This document shows, piece after piece, positions 28,517 to 38,187 of a stretch of DNA of 64,000 nt. Origin of the DNA: Myxococcota bacterium (lineage in GTDB: Bacteria; Myxococcota_A; UBA9160; UBA4427). A program made the position numbers and the translations under genes. The stretch covers positions 3,264,001 through 3,328,000 of the forward strand of contig OZ252299.1 of assembly GCA_965250285.1 (NCBI GenBank), in the 5' to 3' direction. A model generated the notes under the pieces. The model did not search any database, had not been told where the DNA came from, and was given only the letters and a program-made list of their open reading frames with translations. How positions within the stretch are numbered: the first letter of the stretch is position 1; the number at the start of each line of letters is the position of its first letter.

Positions 28517-29674
28517 TCAGTCCTTCGGCAGGCCGAGGATGCGCTCGCCGATGATGTTCTTCTGGATGTTCGGCGTGCCGCCGCCGATCACCACCTCGGG
28601 CCAGCCGAGCGCGAAGCGCGCCCACTTGCCGCCCTCGGGCGCATCGTCGCACTCCATCAGCGGACCGCGGCTGCCGAGGATCTCCATGGCGAGTTCGCCG
28701 AACTCGACCTCGAGCTCGGCCCGGGTCAGCTTGTTGATCGATGTCTCGCTGCCGAGCTCCTCGCCCTTGAGCTGCTTGGTGAGAAATCGCTGGCCGTTCA
28801 GGCGCATGGCCTCGATCTTCACGTCGGCCCGGGCGAGGCGACGCCGGATCGTCGGGATCTCGCTCGCCTTCTGCCCGCCGCGCACCGTCTCGTTCGCCAA
28901 CGTGTGCAGCTCGGCGAGCTTCGCCTGCAGGCCGTAGACCTCGGCGATGCTCGAGCGCTCACTCGCGAGCGCCGACACCGTCACGTCCCAGCCGCCCCCT
29001 TCGGGACCGAGCCGATTCTCGACGGGCACCCGCACGTCGTCGAAGAAAACCTCGGCGAACATCGCGCCACCGCCCATATTCTTGATCGGCCGCACCTCGA
29101 GGCCCTTCGAATCCATCGGGACGAGCAGGCAGGTGATGCCGTCGTGCTTGGTCTCGACATCGAACTGGGTGCGAACCAGCAGGATCATCATCTTCGACCA
29201 CATGGCGATCGAGGTCCAGATCTTCTGGCCGTTCACGACGTACTCGTCGCCCTCCCGCACGCCCTTGCACTTGAGGCTCGCGAGGTCGCTGCCCGAATCG
29301 GGCTCGCTGTAGCCGGTGCACCAGTGGTACTTGCCGTCGAGGATGTCGGGGATCCACTTCTGCTTCTGCTCGTCAGTGCCGTACTTGATGAGGGCCGGAC
29401 CGACCCACGCGAGGCCCATGAAGCAGGTGCCGAGCGAAGGCGCCTTCCGCTTGGCCATCTCTTCCTTGAGGATCACCTGCTCCATGACGCTGCCACCGCC
29501 GCCGGTGACCTCCTTCGGCCAGTTGAAACCGACCCAGCGCTTTTCGCGCACCTGGGCGTACCAGTTGGCCATCAGCTCCGGCGTGCGCTCGGCGCCCTCG
29601 GGCATGTGCTCATCGAGAAAGCCGCGGACCTCGTCGCGAAACGCCTGCTCTTCGGAGGAGAGATTGAAATCCAT
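28517..29674 (-). CDS. Acyl-CoA dehydrogenase (catalytic subunit type)
   Basis: GYSEPDSGSDLASL, VNGQKIWTS and IGGGTPNIQKNIIGERILGLP. Confidence 0.92.
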   Translation of the reverse strand: MDFNLSSEEQAFRDEVRGFLDEHMPEGAERTPELMANWYAQVREKRWVGFNWPKEVTGGGGSVMEQVILKEEMAKRKAPSLGTCFMGLAWVGPALIKYGTDEQKQKWIPDILDGKYHWCTGYSEPDSGSDLASLKCKGVREGDEYVVNGQKIWTSIAMWSKMMILLVRTQFDVETKHDGITCLLVPMDSKGLEVRPIKNMGGGAMFAEVFFDDVRVPVENRLGPEGGGWDVTVSALASERSSIAEVYGLQAKLAELHTLANETVRGGQKASEIPTIRRRLARADVKIEAMRLNGQRFLTKQLKGEELGSETSINKLTRAELEVEFGELAMEILGSRGPLMECDDAPEGGKWARFALGWPEVVIGGGTPNIQKNIIGERILGLPKD

Positions 29675-29677
29675 GAC

Positions 29678-30805
29678 CTAGAGACCTCCCAGTCGCGCAA
29701 CGCGCTCGTAGTGCCAGTCGGCATCGCCGAAGAGCGGGCGCATCCACTTGCCCCGCTTCAGATAGAGCTGAATGTCGTACTCCCAGGTGTATCCGACCCC
29801 GCCGTGCAGCTGCACGCCGTCGATGCCCTGCCCCGGGAAGACGTCGCTCGCGAGCGACTTCGCCCGCGACACCGCGAGCGACGCAGCCGCGTCGCCCTGA
29901 TCGATGGCCCAGATCGCGTAGTAGACGAGTGACTTCACGTTCTCGACATCGACATACATCTCGGCGAGCGGATGCTTGACGCCCTGGAAGCGACCGATCG
30001 GCTCGCCGAACTGGATGCGCTCCTGCGCGAACTTCGTCGTGATCGCCAGCGCGTTCTCGGCGGCGCCAGCGCTCTCGGCCGTGACCAGCGCCGCGCCCAG
30101 ATCGACGAGCCACTGGATCGCGGGCCAGGCGTCGCCGGTTTCGCCGAGCACAGCCGATTGCGGGATGCGCACGCCCGCGAAGTCGAGCCGCGCGGTGCGC
30201 TTCGTGAGATCCATCGTGGTGAGCGTCGTCGCCGTCAAACCCGTGGCCGACGCTTCGACGACGGCGAGCGAGAGCGCGTCGGGCGCGTCGCCGCTGCGAA
30301 AGGCGACGACATGCAGGTCGGCGACGCCCGCGTCGGGCACCAGCGTCTTGGTCCCGGTCAGCACGATGTCGTCGCCTTCGGCCTGGCCGCGCAGGGCCAC
30401 ACCCTCCGGCGACAGATCGTCCGTCGCTTCGATCAGCGCGAAGCTGCCGACCTTCGTGCCGTCAGCCAGCCCGGGCAGCCATCTCTCCTGCTGCGCCTCG
30501 TTGCCAAAGCGCGCGATCGCCTGGCCCGCGAGCACGGTCGACAGGAGCGGCGACGGGAAGAGGCTGCGGCCCGTCTCTTCGAGCACGACGACGAGCGTCT
30601 CGAGATCGAGGCCGACGCCGCCGTGGGCCTCGGGCAGACACAGACCGACCCAGCCGAGTTCGGCCATACGCGCCCACAGCGCGCGGTCGAAACCGTCGTC
30701 GCTCTCGACGATCTTGCGCACCTGCTCGAGGGGCGCGTTCTGTTCGAGGAACTTGCGCACCTCGGCCCGGAGCAGCTCCTGCTCCTCGGTGAATCCGAAA
30801 TTCAT
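29678..30805 (-). CDS. Acyl-CoA dehydrogenase (partner subunit type)
   Basis: ERIQFGEPIGRFQGVKH and QLHGGVGYTWEYD; lacks the SEPxxGSD motif. Confidence 0.9.
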   Translation of the reverse strand: MNFGFTEEQELLRAEVRKFLEQNAPLEQVRKIVESDDGFDRALWARMAELGWVGLCLPEAHGGVGLDLETLVVVLEETGRSLFPSPLLSTVLAGQAIARFGNEAQQERWLPGLADGTKVGSFALIEATDDLSPEGVALRGQAEGDDIVLTGTKTLVPDAGVADLHVVAFRSGDAPDALSLAVVEASATGLTATTLTTMDLTKRTARLDFAGVRIPQSAVLGETGDAWPAIQWLVDLGAALVTAESAGAAENALAITTKFAQERIQFGEPIGRFQGVKHPLAEMYVDVENVKSLVYYAIWAIDQGDAAASLAVSRAKSLASDVFPGQGIDGVQLHGGVGYTWEYDIQLYLKRGKWMRPLFGDADWHYERVARLGGL

Positions 30806-30963
30806 GCGTGGCTCTCCGGCATGCTCGATGGAACGCTCGTCAGCGGTCAGGCCGCGTTCGACGGGCGGATGCGGAGACTACCACGAAGCCGAGCGATTCC
30901 GCGGGGACCGGGGGGAGGCGCCCGGCGCCATGCGTCGTTTCCGGCGCTCGAAGTCGAGCCGCC

Positions 30964-31779
30964 ATGGACCGAGACGCGGCGCTTCGCTTCCATGGCCGCA
31001 TGGTGCAGCCGACCCGCGACGCAGATCTGTCCGACGCAGCCCGCCTGGCGCGGCGCATCGGTCGATTCGACTGGGCCCGCATCGAGGCGGATCTGGACGC
31101 GGTGGGCTTTGCCCGACTGTCCAGGTTGGTGACGGCACGCGAAGCGCTCGGCCTGCGGCGGCTGTTCGACCACGGCGAGCGGTTTCGAAAGACCGTCGAC
31201 ATGGATCATCACGCCTACGGCTCGGGCGACTACCGGTACTTCGCAGCGCCCCTGCCGCCCCTCGTTCAGACGCTGCGCGAGGCCCTCTATCCGCCCCTCG
31301 CTCAGGTCGCCCGAGGGTGGGCCGAGCGGCTCGGCGCATCGAGCGCCTGGCCCGATCGCCTCGACGGGTACCTGGCCGAGTGTGCGTCGTTCGGTCAGAC
31401 CGAGCCCACGCCGCTGCTGCTTCGCTACGGCCCGGGCGGCTACAACCGCATGCACCAGGACCGCTACGGCGAGCGGATGTTCCCGTTTCAGGTGGTGTGC
31501 CTGCTGTCTCGCCGGGCGCACGCGCCGGGGGGCGAGCTCGAACCCGGCGCCGAGTTCAGCGGAGGACCGGTCTTGATCTCGGAGCACCGGCCGCGCATGC
31601 AGGCGCGCGTCGATGCCGTGGATCTCGAGCTCGGCGAAGCGCTGGTCTTCGCCGCAAGCGAGCGACCCGTGCCTTCGAAGCGCGGCTGGGCGCGGGCCAC
31701 GATGCGTCACGGCGTCGGGACGGTCCACGCTGGCCAGCGCACGACGCTGGGCCTCATCTTCCACGACGCGGCTTCGTAG
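30964..31779 (+). CDS. 2OG-Fe(II) oxygenase (DUF2086/prolyl-hydroxylase-like)
   Basis: GDYRYF, PTPLLLRY, HQD.YGE..FP, RPRMQ and RHGV..V..GQR.TLG.IFHDA. Start may be at 31000. Confidence 0.85.
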   Translation: MDRDAALRFHGRMVQPTRDADLSDAARLARRIGRFDWARIEADLDAVGFARLSRLVTAREALGLRRLFDHGERFRKTVDMDHHAYGSGDYRYFAAPLPPLVQTLREALYPPLAQVARGWAERLGASSAWPDRLDGYLAECASFGQTEPTPLLLRYGPGGYNRMHQDRYGERMFPFQVVCLLSRRAHAPGGELEPGAEFSGGPVLISEHRPRMQARVDAVDLELGEALVFAASERPVPSKRGWARATMRHGVGTVHAGQRTTLGLIFHDAAS

Positions 31780-31842
31780 CAGCAGCGCGCGACGCAGCTT
31801 CATCGAAGCACCGCGTGACGCGGCTTCATCGAAGCGCCGCGC
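31765..31842. repeat. Three tandem 26-bp units, two with an internal palindrome
   Basis: GACGCGGCTTCGTAGCAGCAGCGCGC / GACGCAGCTTCATCGAAGCACCGCGT / GACGCGGCTTCATCGAAGCGCCGCGC. Confidence 0.75.
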
Positions 31843-31929
31843 GATGCGGAGCGCCCCGAAATGAGAGCGGCGAGCCGACTCACGTCGACTCGCCGCTGCA
31901 TCGATCACCCCGCTCCTCGCGGGTCGGTC

Positions 31930-32439
31930 TCAGCCGACCTCGACGGGGATCGTTCGAACCTCGGGCTCGGGCGGCGTCGCCTTGGGGACGTGCACCTCGA
32001 GCACCCCGTCGGCGTAGCGAGCCGCGATGGCTCCCTCGTCGACGTCCTGGTTGAAGCGGATGCGCCGTTCGAAGCGGACGAGGCCGTCGTCCTTGGCATC
32101 CGATTCGGTGGACTCGGAGGCGTCGGCGCCCGTCTCTGCAGACGCCGAGGCCTCGTCGGCCTTGGGCGCGGGGCCGAAGCGGCGCGCGCCCTTGATGGTG
32201 AGGACACCCTCTTGCACCGAAACCTCGAGCTGGTCTCGAGCGACGCCCGGGACCTCGGCCGTCACTTCGAAGCCCTCTTCGGTCTCGACCGCCTGAATGC
32301 GGGGCGACCAGGTCTGGAGCCCGGCCGCGTAGCGGCGAGCGGGGGCGCCGAGACGGTTCATGCGTCCGAACGCGCGCTCGGCCTCACGCAGGGCAGCCCA
32401 GGGATGAACGGGGCGTCGATGAATCAAACCAACAGACAT
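31930..32439 (-). CDS. Hsp20/alpha-crystallin small heat-shock protein
   Basis: AEVPGV..DQLEVSV..GVLTIKG and ARYADGVLEVHVPK..IPV. GGAGG RBS. Confidence 0.9.
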   Translation of the reverse strand: MSVGLIHRRPVHPWAALREAERAFGRMNRLGAPARRYAAGLQTWSPRIQAVETEEGFEVTAEVPGVARDQLEVSVQEGVLTIKGARRFGPAPKADEASASAETGADASESTESDAKDDGLVRFERRIRFNQDVDEGAIAARYADGVLEVHVPKATPPEPEVRTIPVEVG

Positions 32440-32717
32440 GATTTTCATTCCTCCAAACACGAGATCGCACCGTACAGTGGCTCTCGTACTCTGCCGTCGA
32501 TCTCGAGCCGATCGCGCTGGCGCGTCCCATCCGCGCCGGTCGATCTGGCGATGTCGCATGGATGTTCACGCCGGGCGGAGGGTCAACCGCGCGGCGACAT
32601 TTTTTCGATGAGCAGCCCCCAGGCGCCGCTCAGGGGCGCGCAGCCCAGGTGGCTTCCCGGAGGGCGCGCGCACGCGATGCCGGCCGCGCCGCCGAGTCGA
32701 GGCAGGCATGCGAGGTC

Positions 32718-33911
32718 TCAGATGACGCCTTCGTCGCGCAGCGCCGCGATCTCGTCGGCCGACAGACCGAGCTCGGCGTAGATGCGATCGGCGTCCTCGC
32801 CGAGCTCGGGCGCGAGCGCCCGCTTGCGAGGCGGCAGGTCGTCGAACTTCAGCGGGTTGCCGTGAAAACAGACCTCGCCGATGCGTGGATGGGGGCGCCG
32901 CTCGATCATGTCTCGGGCCAGCATCTGCGGGTCGTCGGCCAGCTCCTCGGGGCGCACGACCTTGGCCACGGGCACGTCGGCGCCGTCCGGCCCGAGCGCG
33001 GCGAGCACCTCGTCGCAGGTTCGCTCGGCCGACCAGTCGGCGAAGATCGTGTTCAGCTCGGTGCGATTCGCGGCGCGCACGCGGTGATTCGCGAAGCGCT
33101 CGTCCTTGCCGAGCTCGGGGCGGCCGATGCCCTCGCAGAGCTTGCGAAAGAGTCGGTTGCTCGCGCTCGCCATCACGACGTGGCCGTCGGTCGTGGCGTA
33201 GCAGTCGTAGGGCGCCGTAAAGGGATGTTGATTGCCCATGCGTTCGGTCGTCGCGCCAATGCCCTCGTGAATCGTGAGCGCCGAGTCGGTCACGGCGAAC
33301 ATCGCATCCTGGTTCGAGAGGTCGAGCACGCGGCCCCGACCGGTGCGCTCGCGCTCGAGCAACGCGGTCACCAGACCGACCGCGAGGTAGAGCCCGCCGA
33401 CGAAGTCGCCCAGCGCTCCGCCGCCACGCACAGGCGGGCCGCCTTGAAACCCCGTCATGGCCATGAAGCCGCTCGCCGCCTGAGCCACGATGTCGTACGA
33501 CGCGCGGCCAGCGGCGGGCCCCGTTTGTCCGTACCCCGACAGCGATGCGACGACGCAGCGCGGGTTCCGTTCCTGGATCACGTCGGGACCCAGCCCCTGC
33601 TTCTCCATCCAGCCCGCCCGAAAGTTCTCGACGACCGCATCGGCCCCCTCGACGAGTCGCAGCAACAGCGCCCGCCCCTGCTCGGTGCGGACGTCGAGTG
33701 TGATCGAGTGCTTGCCTCGATTGTTGTTCTGAAACGACAGCGAAAGCTCGCCCTTCTTCGAAGGGCCGTAGCGATAGTCGTCGCCGGTGCGGGGCCGCTC
33801 GACCTTGATCACTTCGGCGCCGAGATCGGCGAGGATCGCGGTCGCGAAGGGACCGGCCACGACCCGGGTGAGGTCGAGGATGCGAAAGCCTTCGAGGGGG
33901 CGGGTGGGCAT
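32718..33911 (-). CDS. CaiB/BaiF class III CoA transferase
   Basis: PLEGFRILDLTRVVAGP, NRGKHS, ENFRAG, SGYGQTGP and catalytic GD. Confidence 0.92.
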   Translation of the reverse strand: MPTRPLEGFRILDLTRVVAGPFATAILADLGAEVIKVERPRTGDDYRYGPSKKGELSLSFQNNNRGKHSITLDVRTEQGRALLLRLVEGADAVVENFRAGWMEKQGLGPDVIQERNPRCVVASLSGYGQTGPAAGRASYDIVAQAASGFMAMTGFQGGPPVRGGGALGDFVGGLYLAVGLVTALLERERTGRGRVLDLSNQDAMFAVTDSALTIHEGIGATTERMGNQHPFTAPYDCYATTDGHVVMASASNRLFRKLCEGIGRPELGKDERFANHRVRAANRTELNTIFADWSAERTCDEVLAALGPDGADVPVAKVVRPEELADDPQMLARDMIERRPHPRIGEVCFHGNPLKFDDLPPRKRALAPELGEDADRIYAELGLSADEIAALRDEGVI

Positions 33912-34116
33912 CGATTCAGCTCCATTCGAACGGGCGCGAGGCGCCTGAGGGGCACCAGAGGGCCTTCGCCCCGGGCCGTGCTTCCTTCTGCCGCGCGTCG
34001 GCCGTACACTCGAACGGGACGGCGCGAGGAGATCTCCGCCGGCCCTCCCCGCCGCCGCGGTGCGAGGCCCTTCGGCCCGCACAGGGGTGACCCCGGTCGC
34101 GGAAACGGAGGGAGCC

Positions 34117-34671
34117 GTGATGGTCGACGAGTTCTCACAGACGAACACACCCGACACGCGAACCCGCCCGAAGGGCGAGATTCTGTACGACGCATTCTAC
34201 TCCGGCGCCATCGGTGGGAGCATCGTGGCGCTCTTCTTCCTCGTCGTCGACGCGTTCGGTGAAGGGCCGCTCTTCACACCGTCGCTGATGGGCAGCGTGC
34301 TCTTCGGCGGCGCGCCTGCCGACACGCTGACCGGCATCGACATGCCGATGGCGGCCGCCTACACCATCGTCCACTTCATCAGCTTCGGGCTGCTCGGGCT
34401 GGCGGCGTCGTTCATCGTCCACGAGGTCGAGCTGCACGCGAAGGATCCGATGCTCACCCTGGCGCTGCTCTTCATCCTCTTCGAGGCGACGTTCGCCTTC
34501 GCCGCGAGCGTCTTCATGCCCGGGATCATGGAGCGAATCGGAGGGGTCCACATCGCGGCCGCGAATCTGCTCTCGGCCGCCGGCATGGGGCTGTTCTTCC
34601 TGACGGCGCACCGACCGGGCGTCTGGGACGCGTTGAAACGCGGCGAGCCCGAGCCGCAAAGGCACGGCTAG
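34117..34671 (+). CDS. Hypothetical membrane protein (about 4 TM)
   Basis: Hydrophobic helices with P.FTPS.MGS.LF and YT.VH motifs. GGAGGGAG RBS. Confidence 0.75.
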   Translation: MMVDEFSQTNTPDTRTRPKGEILYDAFYSGAIGGSIVALFFLVVDAFGEGPLFTPSLMGSVLFGGAPADTLTGIDMPMAAAYTIVHFISFGLLGLAASFIVHEVELHAKDPMLTLALLFILFEATFAFAASVFMPGIMERIGGVHIAAANLLSAAGMGLFFLTAHRPGVWDALKRGEPEPQRHG

Positions 34672-34739
34672 CGGCCGACGCAGAAGGCGGGTCGGATCGA
34701 ACGCGGCAGAGGCGCCGCTGCGCGACGCGCCGTGTCGAG

Positions 34740-35105
34740 CTAGAGCCGGACGACCGCCAGGATCGCGCCGATCGTGCCCACCAGCGCGATCGCGTAGAGC
34801 ACCCCGCCGACGAGGCCGTCACGCGCCTCGCCGCCGAAGTCGATCAGCAGCGACCGAACGTGGTGTGCGCCCTTCCAGAGCGGCAGCGCGATGATCGCGG
34901 CCACCACGAGCGCGCCGATCGGAATACCCAGAATCGACGCCGTCGCGAGCGCGTGCGCGCGCTCGTAAGAGAGGTCGACCAGACCGAGCGGCGCCGCGAT
35001 GCCGACCATGATCAGCCACGGCGTGAGCAGCATCGTCCCGAGCAGGATGCCCTGACCGAACATGAGCCAGATGATGGGCTCGAGCGTGAGCAGCAGCTTC
35101 TTCAT
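34740..35105 (-). CDS. frdD: Fumarate reductase membrane anchor subunit D
   Basis: EPIIWLMFGQG resembles the FrdD EP..W.LF..GG motif; three TM segments; last gene of the frd operon. Confidence 0.8.
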   Translation of the reverse strand: MKKLLLTLEPIIWLMFGQGILLGTMLLTPWLIMVGIAAPLGLVDLSYERAHALATASILGIPIGALVVAAIIALPLWKGAHHVRSLLIDFGGEARDGLVGGVLYAIALVGTIGAILAVVRL

Positions 35106-35542
35106 CCGAAGACCCCTCCGATGATCGCGCAGAGGATCACGGTCACCGCGATCCACGCCACGTAGAGGCCGGCGAGGATCAACTGGGCCGGCGGCGGCTT
35201 GAGCGGGCCGATGGCCTTGGGCTGCGCCTTCGGGAACAGCGAGAAGAAGCGCACGGCCACGAAGACGACGCTGACCAGCGTGATCACGTGGAAGAGCAAG
35301 TAGATCGGGTTCGACAGCTGCGCGAGCGCGGCGTCCCAGGCCTCGGGGCCGCGGCCCAGCGCCCAGACGAGGCGCAGCGCCACGAGCCCGGCCAGGATGT
35401 AGACGATGCCCGTCGCATCGAAGAGCAGGTAGTTGCGGATGCGCGGGGCCGACCACCAGCTCGCGGGCTGGCGCGGCGGTGCCGTGCGCGTCGGCCCGGG
35501 CTTCGGCGGGGCCATCGCTTCGGGATGAGCCGATCCGGCCAT
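35102..35542 (-). CDS. frdC: Fumarate reductase membrane anchor subunit C
   Basis: SWW..P..RNY, L.NP and F.L.PKA motifs; three TM segments. Confidence 0.8.
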   Translation of the reverse strand: MAGSAHPEAMAPPKPGPTRTAPPRQPASWWSAPRIRNYLLFDATGIVYILAGLVALRLVWALGRGPEAWDAALAQLSNPIYLLFHVITLVSVVFVAVRFFSLFPKAQPKAIGPLKPPPAQLILAGLYVAWIAVTVILCAIIGGVFG

Positions 35543-35543
35543 C

Positions 35544-36308
35544 TCAGTTTCCTCCTCGGGGCAGCACGAGGTGCTTGGCCCAATCGATCACGGCCGCGAA
35601 CTTCGCCTGATTCACGGCCGCCGCGGGATCGACGTTCTTCGGGCAGACCTCGCTGCATTCGTTCGCGTACGAGCAGCTGAAGACCGTGCCTTCGCCGCGG
35701 AAGATGTCGAGCCGCTCCTCTTCGCCCTCGTCGCGCGAGTCGAGGTTGTACCGGTGTCCGAGCGCGATGGCGGCGGGCCCGATGAACTCGGGCTCGTTAG
35801 CCACGACGGGGCAGGCCGAGTAGCAGAGCAGGCAATTGATGCACATGCTGAACTGCTTGAACGTCGAGAGCTGCTCGGGCGACTGGCTGTACGTGCCCTT
35901 CTCGTTCAGCGCTTCGAAGTCGTCGGCCCGCTCCTTCGCGCGCACGATCCACGGCTTGACCTTGCGGAACTTGTGCATGAAGCCGTCGAGCTCCACGACG
36001 AGATCCCGGACGATGGGAAAGTTGGCGAGCGGCTCGATCACGATGCGATCGGCGTAGTCGTCGAGCGACGTCTTGCAGGTGAGCTTGGGCTCGCCGTTCA
36101 CCATCATCCCGCAGCTGCCACAGACCGCCATGCGGCACGACCAGCGGTGCGAGATCGACGAGTCGCACTCGTCCTTGATGTAGTTGATCGCGTCGAGGAC
36201 CTTCCAGCCCGGCTGCACCGGGATCTCGAACTCCTGCAGTCGCGGCTCCTGATCCTGATCGGGATCGAAGCGCGTGATCGCGACCTTCAGCTGTCGTCCG
36301 TCGGCCAT
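35544..36308 (-). CDS. frdB: Fumarate reductase iron-sulfur subunit
   Basis: CRMAVCGSC..C, CINCLLCYSAC and CSYANECSEVCP. Confidence 0.92.
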   Translation of the reverse strand: MADGRQLKVAITRFDPDQDQEPRLQEFEIPVQPGWKVLDAINYIKDECDSSISHRWSCRMAVCGSCGMMVNGEPKLTCKTSLDDYADRIVIEPLANFPIVRDLVVELDGFMHKFRKVKPWIVRAKERADDFEALNEKGTYSQSPEQLSTFKQFSMCINCLLCYSACPVVANEPEFIGPAAIALGHRYNLDSRDEGEEERLDIFRGEGTVFSCSYANECSEVCPKNVDPAAAVNQAKFAAVIDWAKHLVLPRGGN

Positions 36309-38038
36309 CAGTACTTGCGCTCCTCGGGCTCCCAGTGGCCCAGCGTCACGTCCTTCTTGCCGAGGCGGGGTCGGCCGCCGGCTTCGTCTCGATGACACAT
36401 CGTGTGATAGAGGTAGTTCTGGTCGTCCCGCGTCGGGAAGTCACGGCACGTGTGCGCGCCGCGCGACTCCTTGCGATGCGCCGCGGACACCGCCAGCGAC
36501 TCGGCGACCTCGACCATGTTGTGCAGCTCGAGGGCCGCGATGATCTCGGTGTTGAACACCTTGCTCTTGTCGGTGAGCTTGAGATCACCGAGGCGGCTCT
36601 TGATCGACGCCATCGCCTCGACCGTGGCGTGCATCGACTCTTGCCGTCGGTACACACCGCAGCCCTCTTCCATCGTCGCGTTCATCTCGCGGCGGAGCTG
36701 GGCGATCTGCTCGTGCCCCGTCCCTGCCCCGCGCATGGCGTCGACGCGCGCCGCCTCGGCGGCCACCTCGGCCTTGAGTGCGTCTTCGTTGCCCGCCGAC
36801 GTCCCATCGGCGAACTCGAGGGCGTTGAGTCCGGCGGCCGCCCCCGCGACGAGGCACTCCGTCAACGAGTTCGAGCCAAGCCGGTTCGCGCCGTTCAGCG
36901 AAGCGCACGCGACCTCGCCCGCGGCGTAGAGGCCGGGCATCTCGGTCTCGCTCTTCACGTTCGTGTCGACGCCGCCCATCATGTAGTGAACGACCGGCCG
37001 AATCGGGATGTACTCGTAGACCGGATCGACCCCGATGTAGGTCTTGGCGAGCTCCCGCACGAAGGGGAGCTTCTCCATGATGTGGGCCTCACCGAGGTGC
37101 GTGAGGTCGAGCCCGGCGTAGAGACCGAGTTCGCTCTTGAAGCCTCGGTCGGCCTCGAACTCCTGGATGATGGCGCGCGAGATCATGTCGCGCGGGCCGA
37201 GCTCGGCCTTCTGCCCGACGCCGTAGTCGTACTCGACCAGGAAGCGCTCGTCGTTCTTGTTGCGCAGGTAGCCACCCTCACCGCGCGTCGCCTCGGTGAT
37301 GAGGATGCCCGTGCCCGGCAGACCCGTCGGGTGGTACTGGACGAACTCCATGTCCTTGAGCGCGAGGCCCGCGTGGTAGGCGAGGGCCATGCCGTCGCCG
37401 GTCTTGATCGTGCCGTTGGTGGTGAACGGAAAGATCTTGCCGGCGCCGCCGGTCGCGAGGATCACGGCGCGACCGAGCACCGCGGTGTACTCGCCCGTGC
37501 GGATGTTCATCGCGGCGACGCCCTTGGCCTCACCGTTCTCGATGAGGAGCTTCGACACGAAGTACTCGTCGTAGCGGACGATGTTCTCGAAGCGCATGCA
37601 GTGCTGGAAGAGCGCGTGCAGCATGTGGAAGCCGACCTTGTCGGCGGCGTACCACGTGCGCTTGGTCGTCATGCCACCGAATGCCCGCGTCGCCACCGTG
37701 CCGTCTTCGTTGCGCGACCAGGGGCAGCCCCAGTTCTCGAGGAGCGCCAGCTCCTTCGGCGCCTCCTGCGCGAAGTACTCGATGACGTCCTGGTCACCGA
37801 GGAAGTCGGAGCCCTTGACGGTGTCGTAGCCGTGCAGCTCTTCGTTGTCGTCGGCACGCGCCACCGCCGCCGCGCCGCCTTCGGCGCTCACGGTGTGGCT
37901 GCGCATCGGATAGACCTTGGACACCAACGCGATCGAGCACGTCGGGTTGGCCTCCGCTGCGGCGATGGCCGCGCGAAGTCCGGCCGCGCCGCCACCGACG
38001 ATCACGATGTCGTGGCGGGATGCCTGGATCTCGGCCAT
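36308..38038 (-). CDS. frdA: Fumarate reductase flavoprotein subunit
   Basis: GGGAAG, SHTVSAEGG (covalent-FAD His with FrdA-type Glu), QYHPT, ELGPRD, HYMMGG and GANRLGSNSL. Confidence 0.92.
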   Translation of the reverse strand: MAEIQASRHDIVIVGGGAAGLRAAIAAAEANPTCSIALVSKVYPMRSHTVSAEGGAAAVARADDNEELHGYDTVKGSDFLGDQDVIEYFAQEAPKELALLENWGCPWSRNEDGTVATRAFGGMTTKRTWYAADKVGFHMLHALFQHCMRFENIVRYDEYFVSKLLIENGEAKGVAAMNIRTGEYTAVLGRAVILATGGAGKIFPFTTNGTIKTGDGMALAYHAGLALKDMEFVQYHPTGLPGTGILITEATRGEGGYLRNKNDERFLVEYDYGVGQKAELGPRDMISRAIIQEFEADRGFKSELGLYAGLDLTHLGEAHIMEKLPFVRELAKTYIGVDPVYEYIPIRPVVHYMMGGVDTNVKSETEMPGLYAAGEVACASLNGANRLGSNSLTECLVAGAAAGLNALEFADGTSAGNEDALKAEVAAEAARVDAMRGAGTGHEQIAQLRREMNATMEEGCGVYRRQESMHATVEAMASIKSRLGDLKLTDKSKVFNTEIIAALELHNMVEVAESLAVSAAHRKESRGAHTCRDFPTRDDQNYLYHTMCHRDEAGGRPRLGKKDVTLGHWEPEERKY

Positions 38039-38187
38039 GAGGACCTCCATCTGGGTCGATTACGAGACGGTCTGTCTCGCATGGGAGAGAGGGTTTACCG
38101 AATCGCCCGATTCACGGAAAGGTGATTGAGAATTCAACCTTTTGGGCGATTCCGGGCCCTTTGGGGGCCCCGCCCGACTTCGATGCC

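Noticed and set aside
31765..31842. Possible mini-CRISPR
   Set aside because: Units are directly adjacent with no unique spacers and no cas genes.
32460..32510. CIRCE/HAIR/ROSE element upstream of hsp20
   Set aside because: A GAGATCG/CGATCTC hairpin exists but matches none of these consensus motifs and does not cover the RBS.
38126..38137. FNR box upstream of frdA
   Set aside because: TTGA-N4-TCAA is two bases short of TTGAT-N4-ATCAA; kept only as an unspecified candidate operator.
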